In this document: positions 10,995 to 21,136 of the stretch, one piece after another
Position numbering within the stretch: position 1 is the stretch's first letter
Layout of the letters: every line of letters begins with the position of its first letter
From: an uncultured Gammaproteobacteria bacterium
Lineage (GTDB): Bacteria; Pseudomonadota; Gammaproteobacteria; JAGOUU01
Direction: 5' to 3'
Length of the DNA stretch: 64,000 nt
Assembly (NCBI GenBank): GCA_964387745.1
Contig: CAYLXL010000001.1
Coordinates: 1,136 to 65,135, forward strand
Translations under genes and position numbers: made by a program
Notes under the pieces: model-generated
Told to the model about the DNA's origin: nothing
What the model saw: the letters and a program-made list of their open reading frames with translations, nothing else
The model's database searches: none

Positions 10995-12110
10995 ATGACA
11001 GCCATATTTAGTCAATTTAAATTAAAAGATGTTACCCTGCGCAATAGGATTGTGGTTCCACCGATGTGTCAGTATAGCGCTATTGATGGATTGACTAATA
11101 ATTGGCATCTGGCTCATTACTCAGAACTTGCGCGTGGTGGTGCTGGCTTAGTTATCGTTGAAGCAACGGGAGTATCTCCAGAGGGTAGAATTACTCCGCG
11201 TTGTACAGGGATTTGGCACGATGATCACATTGAGGGGATGCAAGCGATAGTACAAGCTATTGAGAGTGCAGGTGCGGTGCCTGGAATTCAAATAGCGCAT
11301 GCCGGCCGCAAAGCAAGCGCTAATTTACCTTGGGAGGGAGATGATCATATTCCTGATTATGATCCTCGAGGTTGGGAGATTATAGCGCCATCAGCCATAG
11401 CTTTTGGCGCTAAGCTGCAAAAAATTCCGAGAGCAATGACGCTTGATGATATCAATCAGGTAAAAAAAGATTTTGTAGCTGCAGCAAAACGTGCATTAGC
11501 TGCAGGCTTTAAATGGCTAGAATTACATTTCGCGCATGGTTATTTGGCGCAAAGTTTTTTTTCTATCCATGCTAATCAACGTCAAGATCAATATGGTGGT
11601 GATTATTTAGGTAGAGGGCGTTTCCTGCTTGAAACACTAAGCGCCGTGCGTTCAGTATGGCCTGAAGATTTACCTTTAACAGCCCGATTCGGTGTTATAG
11701 AGTATGATGGTCGCGATGAGCAAACGTTAAAAGAATCTATAGAGTTAATAAAATTATTTAAGCAACAAGGATTAGATATGTTAAGCGTTAGTATAGGTTT
11801 TTCGACGCCTAATGCTAATGTTCCTTGGGCGGATGCTTTATTGGCACCGATAGCCGCAACTGTGCGTAAAGAAGCAAATATTCCAGTTGCTGCAGCTTGG
11901 GGTATAGATGATCCTGAGATTGCTAATCAAACAATTGTTAATAAACAATTAGATTTAGTTATGATTGGTCGTGCTCATTTAGCAAATCCTCATTATCCTT
12001 ATCAAATGGCTTTAGTCCTGCAAAAAGAAAGTCCATCAAAACTTTTGCCAGTTCAATATGCCCATTGGTTGGAGCGTTATAAAGGGCCTGGGAAAGTTTC
12101 TGCGAAGTAA
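10995..12110 (+). CDS. NADH:flavin oxidoreductase, Old Yellow Enzyme family
   Basis: 371 aa. VVPPMCQY...HLAHY...GAGLVIVEAT is typical of OYE/NamA-like enzymes. Confidence 0.8.
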   Translation: MTAIFSQFKLKDVTLRNRIVVPPMCQYSAIDGLTNNWHLAHYSELARGGAGLVIVEATGVSPEGRITPRCTGIWHDDHIEGMQAIVQAIESAGAVPGIQIAHAGRKASANLPWEGDDHIPDYDPRGWEIIAPSAIAFGAKLQKIPRAMTLDDINQVKKDFVAAAKRALAAGFKWLELHFAHGYLAQSFFSIHANQRQDQYGGDYLGRGRFLLETLSAVRSVWPEDLPLTARFGVIEYDGRDEQTLKESIELIKLFKQQGLDMLSVSIGFSTPNANVPWADALLAPIAATVRKEANIPVAAAWGIDDPEIANQTIVNKQLDLVMIGRAHLANPHYPYQMALVLQKESPSKLLPVQYAHWLERYKGPGKVSAK

Positions 12111-12127
12111 TTAAGATTTATCTTATT

Positions 12128-12658
12128 TTATACTGAATCATTAGATTCTATATTATTTTTTAGGTAGGTAAATATTATGCGACTGCTTGCAGGCGGCTTG
12201 TTCTGAAGTTTTTCTTTCTGTGCGTTTCTAATTAATTGTCGCAAATGTTGGCGATCAAGATTTGAGTGTTGATTTAAAAGTTCATCTAAAGCAGCGTCAC
12301 CGTCATTAATGAGTTTATCTCGCCATTTTTCTATATCATGAAATGCTTTATTGGATTTTTGATGCTGTAATTTGTGTGCATCCAATACTTTTTTAATTTC
12401 TTCGGTCTCTAAATGACTTAAAAGCTTGCCAATGTACTGTAACTGGCGGCGTATGCTTTTATCATTACCCAGGTGCCTAGCCAAGATAATCGCATTATTC
12501 AAGTCATCTTCTAGGTTTAAGCTATTGGTTAGGTGTTGTGGTGCTTCTACAAGTTCTTTGCCGAGGTTTTGTAGCTCTTTCATGTCACGTTTGCGTTGAG
12601 ATTTACTGGGGGTTGAATCTATACCTTTCTTGCCAGAAGGTTCTGTAATTTTGGTCAT
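12128..12658 (-). CDS. yjgA: ribosome-associated protein YjgA/DarP (DUF615)
   Basis: 176 aa, basic, with RKRDMKELQNLGKELVE, matching the YjgA family. Confidence 0.7.
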   Translation of the reverse strand: MTKITEPSGKKGIDSTPSKSQRKRDMKELQNLGKELVEAPQHLTNSLNLEDDLNNAIILARHLGNDKSIRRQLQYIGKLLSHLETEEIKKVLDAHKLQHQKSNKAFHDIEKWRDKLINDGDAALDELLNQHSNLDRQHLRQLIRNAQKEKLQNKPPASSRIIFTYLKNNIESNDSV

Positions 12659-12909
12659 GATATTGGAGAAACTCAGGTTATGTTGCTCATTATAGTAATT
12701 AATAGTTCATTGTTCTATATAAAATTACAATCTCGTGATAGAATCTAGAATATAGGAGCGGGGTCCATGAAGTAAAATTGAATCTTGCGTTTGAAGCGAT
12801 TAGGCATTTCTTGCAACAGGTTGGGACAAATGAAGAGGCGACCTGCAATCGCCTCATATAAAAATGGGACTTTAATTTTTAACTGTTTAAACCATAGCAA
12901 CTTGTTATT

Positions 12910-13674
12910 TTAATTCACTGTAGCGCCTATCGGAAATGGTACTATAGCACCAGTAATAGTACCTACATCGTTTAATATTTTATTACAGTTTTGATAAGTA
13001 CTAAACGCATTTACTCCGTTGACAACATTTACTTCGACAGTTGTGAATGTTCCATTGGCTACATGATTAGTAGCGCAAACAAATTGATTATTTGAGGGAA
13101 AATACCTAGATATAAAATCAATAGCCAACTGTGGACTAGCATTACTGAAGGATGGAAGTAATCTAAAATAGAGATCGTATGTAAATAATGAAGAAGGAGG
13201 AGATATTCTATGTACTGTATTTCTATAGGGTAACGTTACTCCTAAATTCATTTCATGATTGTTATAAGCATTCAATACATAATTGGCATTATTTTCCCAA
13301 CAAGGACACGCTGGTCCTTTACTCACACAAGGCATATCTGGATCGCTTGCTTTCATTTTGTTGCGATAATTTTTTAGGATTCGTTCATTTTGATTCGAGA
13401 GCTGTACTGCCTCTCCGGTTAATGACTCTAAATGCGCATCATGTGCTTCACAATACGCAACACAAAGCCCATACAACCCTTTAGTAACATCCGGTGATTT
13501 TAATACATCACATACGCTCTCTTGTGATGGTGTTTTTGTATCAGGTGTTGTTGCAATTACCGTGCTACTGATTAGTAATAAAGTACATGATAATACTTGT
13601 AATATACTCTTTAACATAATTATATACCCCTGATTTACAACATTATTGTCAATGGTGGCTACTATAAAAACCAC
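12910..13674 (-). CDS. secreted Cys-rich hypothetical protein
   Basis: The likely start is the internal Met (MLKSILQVLSCTLLLISSTVIATT, a signal peptide). There are multiple Cys residues and no family I recognise. Confidence 0.4.
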   Translation of the reverse strand: MVFIVATIDNNVVNQGYIIMLKSILQVLSCTLLLISSTVIATTPDTKTPSQESVCDVLKSPDVTKGLYGLCVAYCEAHDAHLESLTGEAVQLSNQNERILKNYRNKMKASDPDMPCVSKGPACPCWENNANYVLNAYNNHEMNLGVTLPYRNTVHRISPPSSLFTYDLYFRLLPSFSNASPQLAIDFISRYFPSNNQFVCATNHVANGTFTTVEVNVVNGVNAFSTYQNCNKILNDVGTITGAIVPFPIGATVN

Positions 13675-13934
13675 AACTTTATTTATCTACGTAACCACGT
13701 AAACGTATATCTGACTAATCAAAGGGTTAGCCATATACTTATTAGCTATGGAAGTTATAATTTAAACTTATACCCGACACTATTAAGCTAGACTGATTTA
13801 ATATAAAAATACAGATAAATGAAAAAAAAAAATGCAGTAAAAAGAGCACGTTAGAAGCAGGTGTATAATTATTCAGTAGGTAAAACTAAGTATATGATTG
13901 TATGCGTTGACGCCTATGGCGCGCGGAAGTCCTG

Positions 13935-14363
13935 TTAATGAATATAGCATGAATAATCTGGGATTATAATGTTTTTAGTGGGTAAAATAATCTTAACCAG
14001 GTTATGTAATGTATATTTTAACACATCATTCCAATATCGTACCCAACCACTAATTAAAACATCATATTTATCACCATTCTTAAAATCTTTCAAAGAATTA
14101 GGAGTTGGAGAGCTTTTGAGATCAGTAAAATAAGTGTTAGAAAAATATATGATTTCATCAAAAGATAATGAATCAATTAACTTTGAACTATTGGTAATCT
14201 TGCGACAATGCGCATGTCTAATTACAATTTGGCCTTTTGGATGTTCTTTGTTTGGTGGTATATGCATAGAATGTTCGCGTACATAATGTTTGCCAACTGG
14301 ACAATGACGCCAAGGATGCGTTTTATTTTTAGAGCTATCTGATGGAATTAATTTTTCAGCCAT
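13935..14363 (-). CDS. hypothetical protein
   Basis: 142-aa ORF with His/Cys-containing N-terminus (HPWRHCPVGKHYVREH). No family recognised. Confidence 0.3.
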   Translation of the reverse strand: MAEKLIPSDSSKNKTHPWRHCPVGKHYVREHSMHIPPNKEHPKGQIVIRHAHCRKITNSSKLIDSLSFDEIIYFSNTYFTDLKSSPTPNSLKDFKNGDKYDVLISGWVRYWNDVLKYTLHNLVKIILPTKNIIIPDYSCYIH

Positions 14364-14648
14364 GGTTAGATTAAAGCTCTATACGTCATTAATAATGGAG
14401 ACTAACGTTTATATTCAAGAATCTAATTAATACTTTAAGATTTACCTGTTCTATTATATATTATTAAAGCAATCGTGAAAGAAAAGGTGTTTGACATCTT
14501 TTTTATATTGGATAAACAAATTAAATCTGTTAGTAATGCTGCGGTATAAGTTGAATAACCAGAAGTCAAGGAATCCTTGATAACTGAATAGATTTTTAAG
14601 TGGGGTACAAAGTGTACCCTGGTTGGCACATTGAAGGAGTAGGGTATT

Positions 14649-15509
14649 ATGAGTAAGCAATTGGACAAAGATAATTATATTGTTGTGTTTAATGACAATA
14701 ATATACGTAGAATATTTCATGAAGGTGCATGGTGGTTTTCAATTATTGATGTTGTTGGGGTGTTATCTGAAAGTTCTAATCCAAGACGTTATTGGTCTGA
14801 CTTAAAGCGACAACTTATTGAAACAGAGGGATTTATCCAGTTGTACGAAAAAACCGTACAACTGAAACTACAAGCGTTAGATGGAAAAAACTATAAAACT
14901 GATTGTGCAGATACTGAGACAATATTTAGAATAATCCAATCAATTCCATCCCCTAAAGCAGAGCCATTTAAACGTTGGTTGGCCAAAGTAGGCTATGAGC
15001 GTATTCAAGAAATTGAAGATCCAGAATTAGCATCAGAGCGAGCACGTGAACTATATAAAGCTAAAGGCTATGATGATGCCTGGATTGAAAAACGCATGCG
15101 TGGCATTCAAATCAGAGCCGAGTTAACTGATGAATGGGATAAGCGCAACGTAGGTAGCAATAAAGAATTTGCTATTTTGACAGCTGAGATATCCAAGGCT
15201 ACTTTCGGCATGACACCATCAGAATATAAAGAACATAAAAGTTTAGCTCATGAAAATTTACGTGATCATATGACTGATCTTGAATTAATCTTTACTATGC
15301 TTGGTGAAGCATCAACTACAGAGATTGCTCGTAGTAAAGATGCACAGGGTTTTAGTGAAAATAAATCAGCAGCTAAAGTTGGTGGCAATGTTGCTGGTAA
15401 GGCTAGAAAAGATTTAGAGCGACGCACAGGCAAGCAGGTTATTACTGACAGCAATTATTTACATCGACCACAGAAAAGAATAACAACAAAATCAGCAATT
15501 GAAGATTAG
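14649..15509 (+). CDS. Bro-N domain protein (DinD / phage antirepressor-like)
   Basis: 286 aa. N-terminus IRRIFHEGAWWFSIIDVVGVLSES matches the Bro-N consensus. It ends 4 nt from the 3' end of tRNA-Phe. Confidence 0.6.
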   Translation: MSKQLDKDNYIVVFNDNNIRRIFHEGAWWFSIIDVVGVLSESSNPRRYWSDLKRQLIETEGFIQLYEKTVQLKLQALDGKNYKTDCADTETIFRIIQSIPSPKAEPFKRWLAKVGYERIQEIEDPELASERARELYKAKGYDDAWIEKRMRGIQIRAELTDEWDKRNVGSNKEFAILTAEISKATFGMTPSEYKEHKSLAHENLRDHMTDLELIFTMLGEASTTEIARSKDAQGFSENKSAAKVGGNVAGKARKDLERRTGKQVITDSNYLHRPQKRITTKSAIED

Positions 15510-15512
15510 AAA

Positions 15513-15588
15513 TGGTGGCCTGAGCTGGAATCGAACCAGCGACACAAGGATTTTCAGTCCTTTGCTCTACCGACTGAGCTATCAGGCC
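15513..15588 (-). tRNA. tRNA-Phe (anticodon GAA)
   Basis: The reverse complement GGCCTGATAGCTCAGTCGGTAGAGCAAAGGACTGAAAATCCTTGTGTCGCTGGTTCGATTCCAGCTCAGGCCACCA folds as a cloverleaf (7-bp acceptor stem, GAA anticodon, encoded CCA). Confidence 0.9.
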
Positions 15589-15606
15589 ATTGAAGACTTT
15601 ACGAAT

Positions 15607-16068
15607 TTAAATTAAATTGGACTCAGTGTCAAGAATATTTTGTTCCCACTCTAATAAAGCTTTTTTTATGTATCCACCCCATCGATACTTGTATGTTTTA
15701 GAGTTTTTGCTGACAACTCTATGGCAGGGGATAATAAAAGCTATTTTATTGCTACCTGTAGCTGTGCCCACTGCTCGGACCGCTTTTGGGTGATTAATCA
15801 CCTTAGCAATGTCACTGTAGGTAGCAGTTTGGCCAAAAGGTATTTTCTTAATGGCATTCCAGACTTTGATTTGGAAATCTGTGCCTTCGAATTGTATGGG
15901 TATTTTAGAATTGTCTTGGCTAAAAATTTTGGCAATGAATTCGGGATCTTCGACTACTGTATCATTAGAATCAGAATCAGCAAATTTTAAACCGCATACT
16001 GTATTGTTATTGAAGGTAATAACACAATGACCAAACGGAGTTTTATAAGTCTTAGAGTAACCAGACAT
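15607..16068 (-). CDS. ogt: methylated-DNA-protein-cysteine methyltransferase
   Basis: 153 aa with the PCHRVV active-site motif and a preceding HTH (YSDIAKVINHPKAVRAVG). Confidence 0.85.
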   Translation of the reverse strand: MSGYSKTYKTPFGHCVITFNNNTVCGLKFADSDSNDTVVEDPEFIAKIFSQDNSKIPIQFEGTDFQIKVWNAIKKIPFGQTATYSDIAKVINHPKAVRAVGTATGSNKIAFIIPCHRVVSKNSKTYKYRWGGYIKKALLEWEQNILDTESNLI

Positions 16069-16070
16069 AG

Positions 16071-16337
16071 TTATTTCGGAGTATAACCACTTGGTTTATC
16101 AGAGCCTTCACCAAATAAAAACGATTCCATTTCTTTTTCTAGAAATTGGCGAGCCTTAGGTTCTATCAAGCTTAGTCTGTATTCATTGATAAGCATAGTT
16201 TGATGAGAGAGCCACTGTTGCCAGGCTTGCTTTGATATCTGGTCATAAATCTTAGCGCCAAGTTCGCCTGGATAAGGTTGTCTGGATAGGCCTTCTAAAT
16301 CTTTTTTAAGTTTTTGACAGTAAACAACTCGTGACAT
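16071..16337 (-). CDS. yggX: Fe(2+)-trafficking protein YggX
   Basis: 88 aa. [17 protein letters not shown]...[15 protein letters not shown] is typical of YggX. Confidence 0.85.
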   Translation of the reverse strand: MSRVVYCQKLKKDLEGLSRQPYPGELGAKIYDQISKQAWQQWLSHQTMLINEYRLSLIEPKARQFLEKEMESFLFGEGSDKPSGYTPK

Positions 16338-16339
16338 AA

Positions 16340-18358
16340 TTACAACTTCTCTAATAAGTCTTTTAATACGGGGACTTTATCTAATTTTAAATTTTTATTA
16401 ATAGTTTTAATATTAACGTTTTTCTTGATGATGGATTTAAATAAATCACTATTCAGAAGTGCAACAGCATCAAGGCTGAAATGCGGATTATCTAAATGAC
16501 CTTTTATAAGAATAGGGATATTGAAATTAGTTTTATCATTTTTATCGGCAAGAACAAAGCGATAATTAATTTTTTTTGAAACTAAGTTAATTTCTCCAGT
16601 ACCGGTGGCTTTAGTGAGCGGAGCATTAATTAACAAATCATTGTTGTTTAGTAACCCATTAGTTATCGTTGCAGTTGCATTTAGATCAACAATTTTAGTG
16701 CGTTCTTGAAGTTCAGAGTTATGATGCGCTGGTTTGATTAAATTGGTCAAAATGGAAGTCGCCAAGTTAACGATGCCTAATGGATTGAGCTCTACTTTAT
16801 CATTGACTTCATTAACAATTTTGTTTAAATCAGCACCATTGATATAACCATTGGTAATATTTATTTTGAGATGGCCATTGAGATTATTGATTAAAGTATT
16901 AGCATCTTTGCCAATAGTACTGTAGTTTAATCTCACATCTGTAGCACCACTGAATCTTTTAGAGTCTAATTTGTCTTTTAAAAGGTCAGCGGCCTCAAAA
17001 TTATTAATGAAAAAATCACCTTGGAACCTTGGCAGAGCTGAGCCTAAAGTGACCGTGTTATTTAACTGTGCATTACCATTGTAAGCATTAAATTTAGAGT
17101 TAGTGGTAAGTCTATGGTTGTCGTACTTTAGGAAAGTACTAAAATTACTTAGGATAGTATCAGTAGTTTTTGTATCATTGAATCTTGCTAAATTTAGTTT
17201 TCCTGTGCTTACATTAGAGGTTATTGCGTACGGAGATTTTGATAAATCTATGTTGACGGAACCGGAAAACAGATCTTCATCTAGAGTTAGTTTTATTGGG
17301 TCAATGTTGAGGATCTTGTTTTTAGAGCTTAGTTTTAAATTACCTTGAATTTTTTTGTAAAATTGCTTAGGTAAGTTTATCTCAAAAGCGGATAAAGAAT
17401 TATAAAGATTGCTCTTTTTGATAACAATATGACCATCTATTTTTGGATTGTCAAAATCTAAACTGCCTGTTAAGTTAATATTTAATAAAAGATTGTTTAT
17501 GTCAGCATCGAGTTTAGTAATTTCAAATAAATTATTTTTAACATCAATCGTTGATTTACCCTCTAAAGATATCTTAGGGTGATTTGGATATGATTTCCCC
17601 CCTAATTTGAAAGTTAATTCGTTGATGTCTGCTTTGATTTTATTAGCAGATATATTGTCAGATGATAGTAGGTTGGCGATATCCATGGTCAAATCAAATT
17701 TTGTTGCAACACTTGTTTGATTAGCATTAATCGAAGTAGCAAAGTCACCCTTTAGGTCGAACGGTTTATTAAAGTTAATGTTTTTCCCTGAAAAGTTAAT
17801 ATTTTTAATTTGAACGCTTTTCTCAGGGTCTTTCCAGTTGATATTGGTATCAGTAATTTTAATGTTTTTAATTAACATAATAACAAATAAGTTACTTAAA
17901 ACTGATTTAGTTGATTCGTCTTTATTGGGCGAAATAATAGTCGCTTTTTGTTTTTCATCAACGATTGATTGCCAATTAGTATATTCACTTTTGTTTTTTT
18001 CAAGATTAATGATCCCATCGTTAATTACGAAGGTGTTGATTTGATAAGTTTTATGTAATAGCAACGGCAGTAGTTGCAGACTCAATGTCGCTGATTTAGC
18101 TTCAACTAGGTTTTTGGCGCTAAATTTAGGGTCATTGGCTACTCTAAAATTATTTAAAGTAATCCCTAAAGGCATAAGACTCCAGTTTAAATCGCCATCT
18201 ATTTTGACTTCACGTTTGATACTGTCGCTGGCTATAGCTTCAATTTTATATTTATAGCGATTGGGGTTAACCACTAGCATGGCGATAAATAAAATAATGA
18301 GAGGTAGAATAATAATTGTTGAGAGACTTATTATTAATAATTTCTTTGCCTTAGCCAT
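16340..18358 (-). CDS. asmA: AsmA-family outer-membrane assembly protein
   Basis: 672 aa, N-terminal TM anchor, then an AsmA-like N-terminal region ([27 protein letters not shown]) and a long beta-rich N/T/K-rich body. Confidence 0.7.
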   Translation of the reverse strand: MAKAKKLLIISLSTIIILPLIILFIAMLVVNPNRYKYKIEAIASDSIKREVKIDGDLNWSLMPLGITLNNFRVANDPKFSAKNLVEAKSATLSLQLLPLLLHKTYQINTFVINDGIINLEKNKSEYTNWQSIVDEKQKATIISPNKDESTKSVLSNLFVIMLIKNIKITDTNINWKDPEKSVQIKNINFSGKNINFNKPFDLKGDFATSINANQTSVATKFDLTMDIANLLSSDNISANKIKADINELTFKLGGKSYPNHPKISLEGKSTIDVKNNLFEITKLDADINNLLLNINLTGSLDFDNPKIDGHIVIKKSNLYNSLSAFEINLPKQFYKKIQGNLKLSSKNKILNIDPIKLTLDEDLFSGSVNIDLSKSPYAITSNVSTGKLNLARFNDTKTTDTILSNFSTFLKYDNHRLTTNSKFNAYNGNAQLNNTVTLGSALPRFQGDFFINNFEAADLLKDKLDSKRFSGATDVRLNYSTIGKDANTLINNLNGHLKINITNGYINGADLNKIVNEVNDKVELNPLGIVNLATSILTNLIKPAHHNSELQERTKIVDLNATATITNGLLNNNDLLINAPLTKATGTGEINLVSKKINYRFVLADKNDKTNFNIPILIKGHLDNPHFSLDAVALLNSDLFKSIIKKNVNIKTINKNLKLDKVPVLKDLLEKL

Positions 18359-18433
18359 ATTATTTGTTTAAGATTGCTTATAATTTAGTGGATATAAAGT
18401 GGTATTATATACTTAAACTTCCGCGCGCGGTAA

Positions 18434-19429
18434 TTGTTTTGGTTGTTAGATTTAATGGTAGAAAACACAAAATTACAGAGCTTGTTAGATCTTGAAATCA
18501 CACAGTTAGATAATTTAATAACTGATATTTTAGCTACTGATTGTCAATTATTAACAGAAATTTCTAGACACATCTTTAGTTCAGGTGGTAAGCGTTTACG
18601 TCCGTTAATGCTTATACTTATGGCTAAATTATTTAAGTATCAGGGCGATAATCATATCAAATTCGCCGCTGTGCTTGAAATAATCCATACTGCTACATTA
18701 TTACATGATGATGTCATTGATAACTCAGCTATGCGTAGAAAAAAAGTCAGTGCTCATATCAAATGGGGTATACGTAATAGTATCATCGCTGGCAATTGGT
18801 TATTTGCTCTTGCTTATAATCTTGCCTGTACTACGCAGAATACTAAAGCGGCTCAAGTTATAGCCAATATAGGTAAAAAAATTGTTGATGGTGAGTTTGA
18901 ACAATTATTTTTTAAAAATAAACTGACAATTGATGAACAGACTTACTATAGAATTATTGAAGCAAAAACTGGCTTATTATTTTCCGGTGCGACTGAGATA
19001 GCTGCGAGCTTAACGGAACAGTCAGTAACAATGATTAAGCATGCCCGATTATTTGGTCTGCATTATGGTATTGCTTTTCAAATAATGGATGATATCTTAG
19101 ATTACTTAGGTGACGCTGAATTAATAGGTAAGAATATAGGTGATGATTTGCTCGAGGGAAAATTAACCTTACCGATGATTTATTATAAGCAGCATAATAA
19201 AGCAGAGTTCGATACGGTTATCAAGAAATTAAAAACAAATGCTTTTAATGAAAATGATTTTATGCAGCTTAAGCAAAGACTTAAAGATACAGGTGTTATA
19301 GCTGACTGTTATGAGGCAACCATTAAGCACCAAAATCAAGCATTGTTTTATTTATCTAAGTTGCCCCAAAACAGCTATACTCAATGCTTATCTGATCTCA
19401 CTGCTAAGATTGTCGGACGTGATAATTAA
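18434..19429 (+). CDS. ispB: octaprenyl-diphosphate synthase (trans-polyprenyl synthetase)
   Basis: 331 aa. LLHDDVIDNSAMRR (first DDxxD) and FQIMDDILD (second DDxxD). Confidence 0.85.
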   Translation: MFWLLDLMVENTKLQSLLDLEITQLDNLITDILATDCQLLTEISRHIFSSGGKRLRPLMLILMAKLFKYQGDNHIKFAAVLEIIHTATLLHDDVIDNSAMRRKKVSAHIKWGIRNSIIAGNWLFALAYNLACTTQNTKAAQVIANIGKKIVDGEFEQLFFKNKLTIDEQTYYRIIEAKTGLLFSGATEIAASLTEQSVTMIKHARLFGLHYGIAFQIMDDILDYLGDAELIGKNIGDDLLEGKLTLPMIYYKQHNKAEFDTVIKKLKTNAFNENDFMQLKQRLKDTGVIADCYEATIKHQNQALFYLSKLPQNSYTQCLSDLTAKIVGRDN

Positions 19430-19475
19430 TGATAAGGTGTATATTTTCACATCTAGACTTTAAAAAATAACAGGG

Positions 19476-21122
19476 TTGTATTATTCAATGAAACGTGTCG
19501 TAAATTGGTTGAGTCTATTGTTTGTTTCTGTTGGCGCGATGATTGGATCAGGCTGGATGCTGGGGCCGCTGCATGCAGCTAAGATAGCTGGAGCTGCGTC
19601 TATATTTTCGTGGGTAGTTGGTGGTTTCATCGTGATGATTATCGCTTTAGTCTTCGCCGAGCTTTCTGCTATGTTACCCGTCACTGGTGGGATTGCCCGC
19701 TATACACAATTCAGCCATGGTGGTTTTGTTAGTTTTGTTATGACCTGGGTAACGTGGGTTGCCTATATATTGATTCCGCCAGCTGAAGTGCAGGCTTTGC
19801 TGCAATATAGTGCTAATTATTATCCTGTATTAGTAACTACTACCAAGACCGCAGCACAAGTCACTACGCATTTATCTAGTATAGGTATTATTGCAGCCAT
19901 AATATTGTTGATCTTAATGAGTTATATCAACATCTTGGGTATTCGTTTTGCGACAGAATTTAACAAGTATTTAGTTTATTTTAAACTTGCTGTGCCTTTA
20001 TTAGTAGCAGTGGTATTGATGAATACTAATTTCCACTTGGAGAATTTACAACAAATTTCTGATGTAAATTTAACCGATAATATAAAAAATATTTTAAAAG
20101 CATTACCACTGGCGGGGATTATATTTTCTTATTTTGGCTTCAGGCATTCAGTGGAATTAGGTGGGGAAGCTAAAAACCCTCAGGTAGCCTTACCGTTAGC
20201 TTTATTAGGATCGATCACTATTTGTATGGTTATCTATACTTTAGTACAGACCGCGTTTGTAGCTAGTATGCCACCGGAATTACTAATAAATGGCTGGGAA
20301 AATTTTTCATTTAGTAATTATACAGGCATTCAAGTTAATGATAGTGGACCATTTGTGGCTATTGCTAGTATTTTAGGCTTAGGATTATTAGTAAAAATTA
20401 TATTCTTAGATGCCTTGTTTTCACCATTTGGAAGTGCATTAATGGTTGTTACTACTAATGCGAGAATAAATTATGCTATGAGCGTTAATGGTTATTTTCC
20501 TAAATTTTTCTTAAAATTAAACAGTAAAGATGCGCCTTATTTGGCTATCGCAGTTAATTTATTCTTTGGCTTATTTATGTTGATTCCTTTCCCAGGTTGG
20601 CAAGAGATGGTGAGCTTGATCATTGCTGCTTTAGTAGTTTCTCATGCTATTGCCCCTATTTCGCTGTATACTTTAAGACACCAGGTACCGAAACAACCTA
20701 GACCATTTATGTTGCCGTGTTATGGTTTGATTTGTAGAGTTGTTTTTCTTTTCTTGAATTTTATTGCTTACTGGACTGGCTGGCACACGCTATCAACGAT
20801 GTTTTTAGCGTTGTTAGCAGGACTTTTTTATTTATTAGTGCATCGTATTATTCAAGGTGGTAATGATAAACCGCTGTTGAATTTCAATAAATCTTTATGG
20901 CTTTGGGTCTATCTTGCAGGCCTTGCTTTAATTTCTTATTCAGGAGATGTGACTTTTGGTGGGCAAGGGTATATTCCATTTGGTTATGATTTATTAGTAC
21001 TATTTATTTTTACTTTGATAATATTCCAGTGGTCTATTAAAGAATGTTTACCTAGCGAGTTGGCAGCACTACAAATTAAAAAAGAAAATGAAGTGCGATT
21101 GGCGAGCAATTTAGGGAGTTGA
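19476..21122 (+). CDS. APC-family amino acid permease
   Basis: About 12 TM helices. The track start is a TTG. The ATG at 19488 (MKRVVNWL) has an AGGG about 12 nt upstream and is the more likely start. Confidence 0.75.
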   Translation: MYYSMKRVVNWLSLLFVSVGAMIGSGWMLGPLHAAKIAGAASIFSWVVGGFIVMIIALVFAELSAMLPVTGGIARYTQFSHGGFVSFVMTWVTWVAYILIPPAEVQALLQYSANYYPVLVTTTKTAAQVTTHLSSIGIIAAIILLILMSYINILGIRFATEFNKYLVYFKLAVPLLVAVVLMNTNFHLENLQQISDVNLTDNIKNILKALPLAGIIFSYFGFRHSVELGGEAKNPQVALPLALLGSITICMVIYTLVQTAFVASMPPELLINGWENFSFSNYTGIQVNDSGPFVAIASILGLGLLVKIIFLDALFSPFGSALMVVTTNARINYAMSVNGYFPKFFLKLNSKDAPYLAIAVNLFFGLFMLIPFPGWQEMVSLIIAALVVSHAIAPISLYTLRHQVPKQPRPFMLPCYGLICRVVFLFLNFIAYWTGWHTLSTMFLALLAGLFYLLVHRIIQGGNDKPLLNFNKSLWLWVYLAGLALISYSGDVTFGGQGYIPFGYDLLVLFIFTLIIFQWSIKECLPSELAALQIKKENEVRLASNLGS

Positions 21123-21136
21123 GCTGGCCTTTGAAT

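Noticed and set aside
12800-12870. Hairpin gaggcgacctgcaatcgcctc downstream region between yjgA and the secreted orphan
   Set aside because: The stem-loop exists but has no flanking U-run on either strand. Not confidently a terminator.
14435-14720. Small minus-strand ORFs 14435..14668 and 14454..14720
   Set aside because: Overlapping, AT-rich, low-complexity translations in an intergenic/promoter region of the Bro-N gene. No support.
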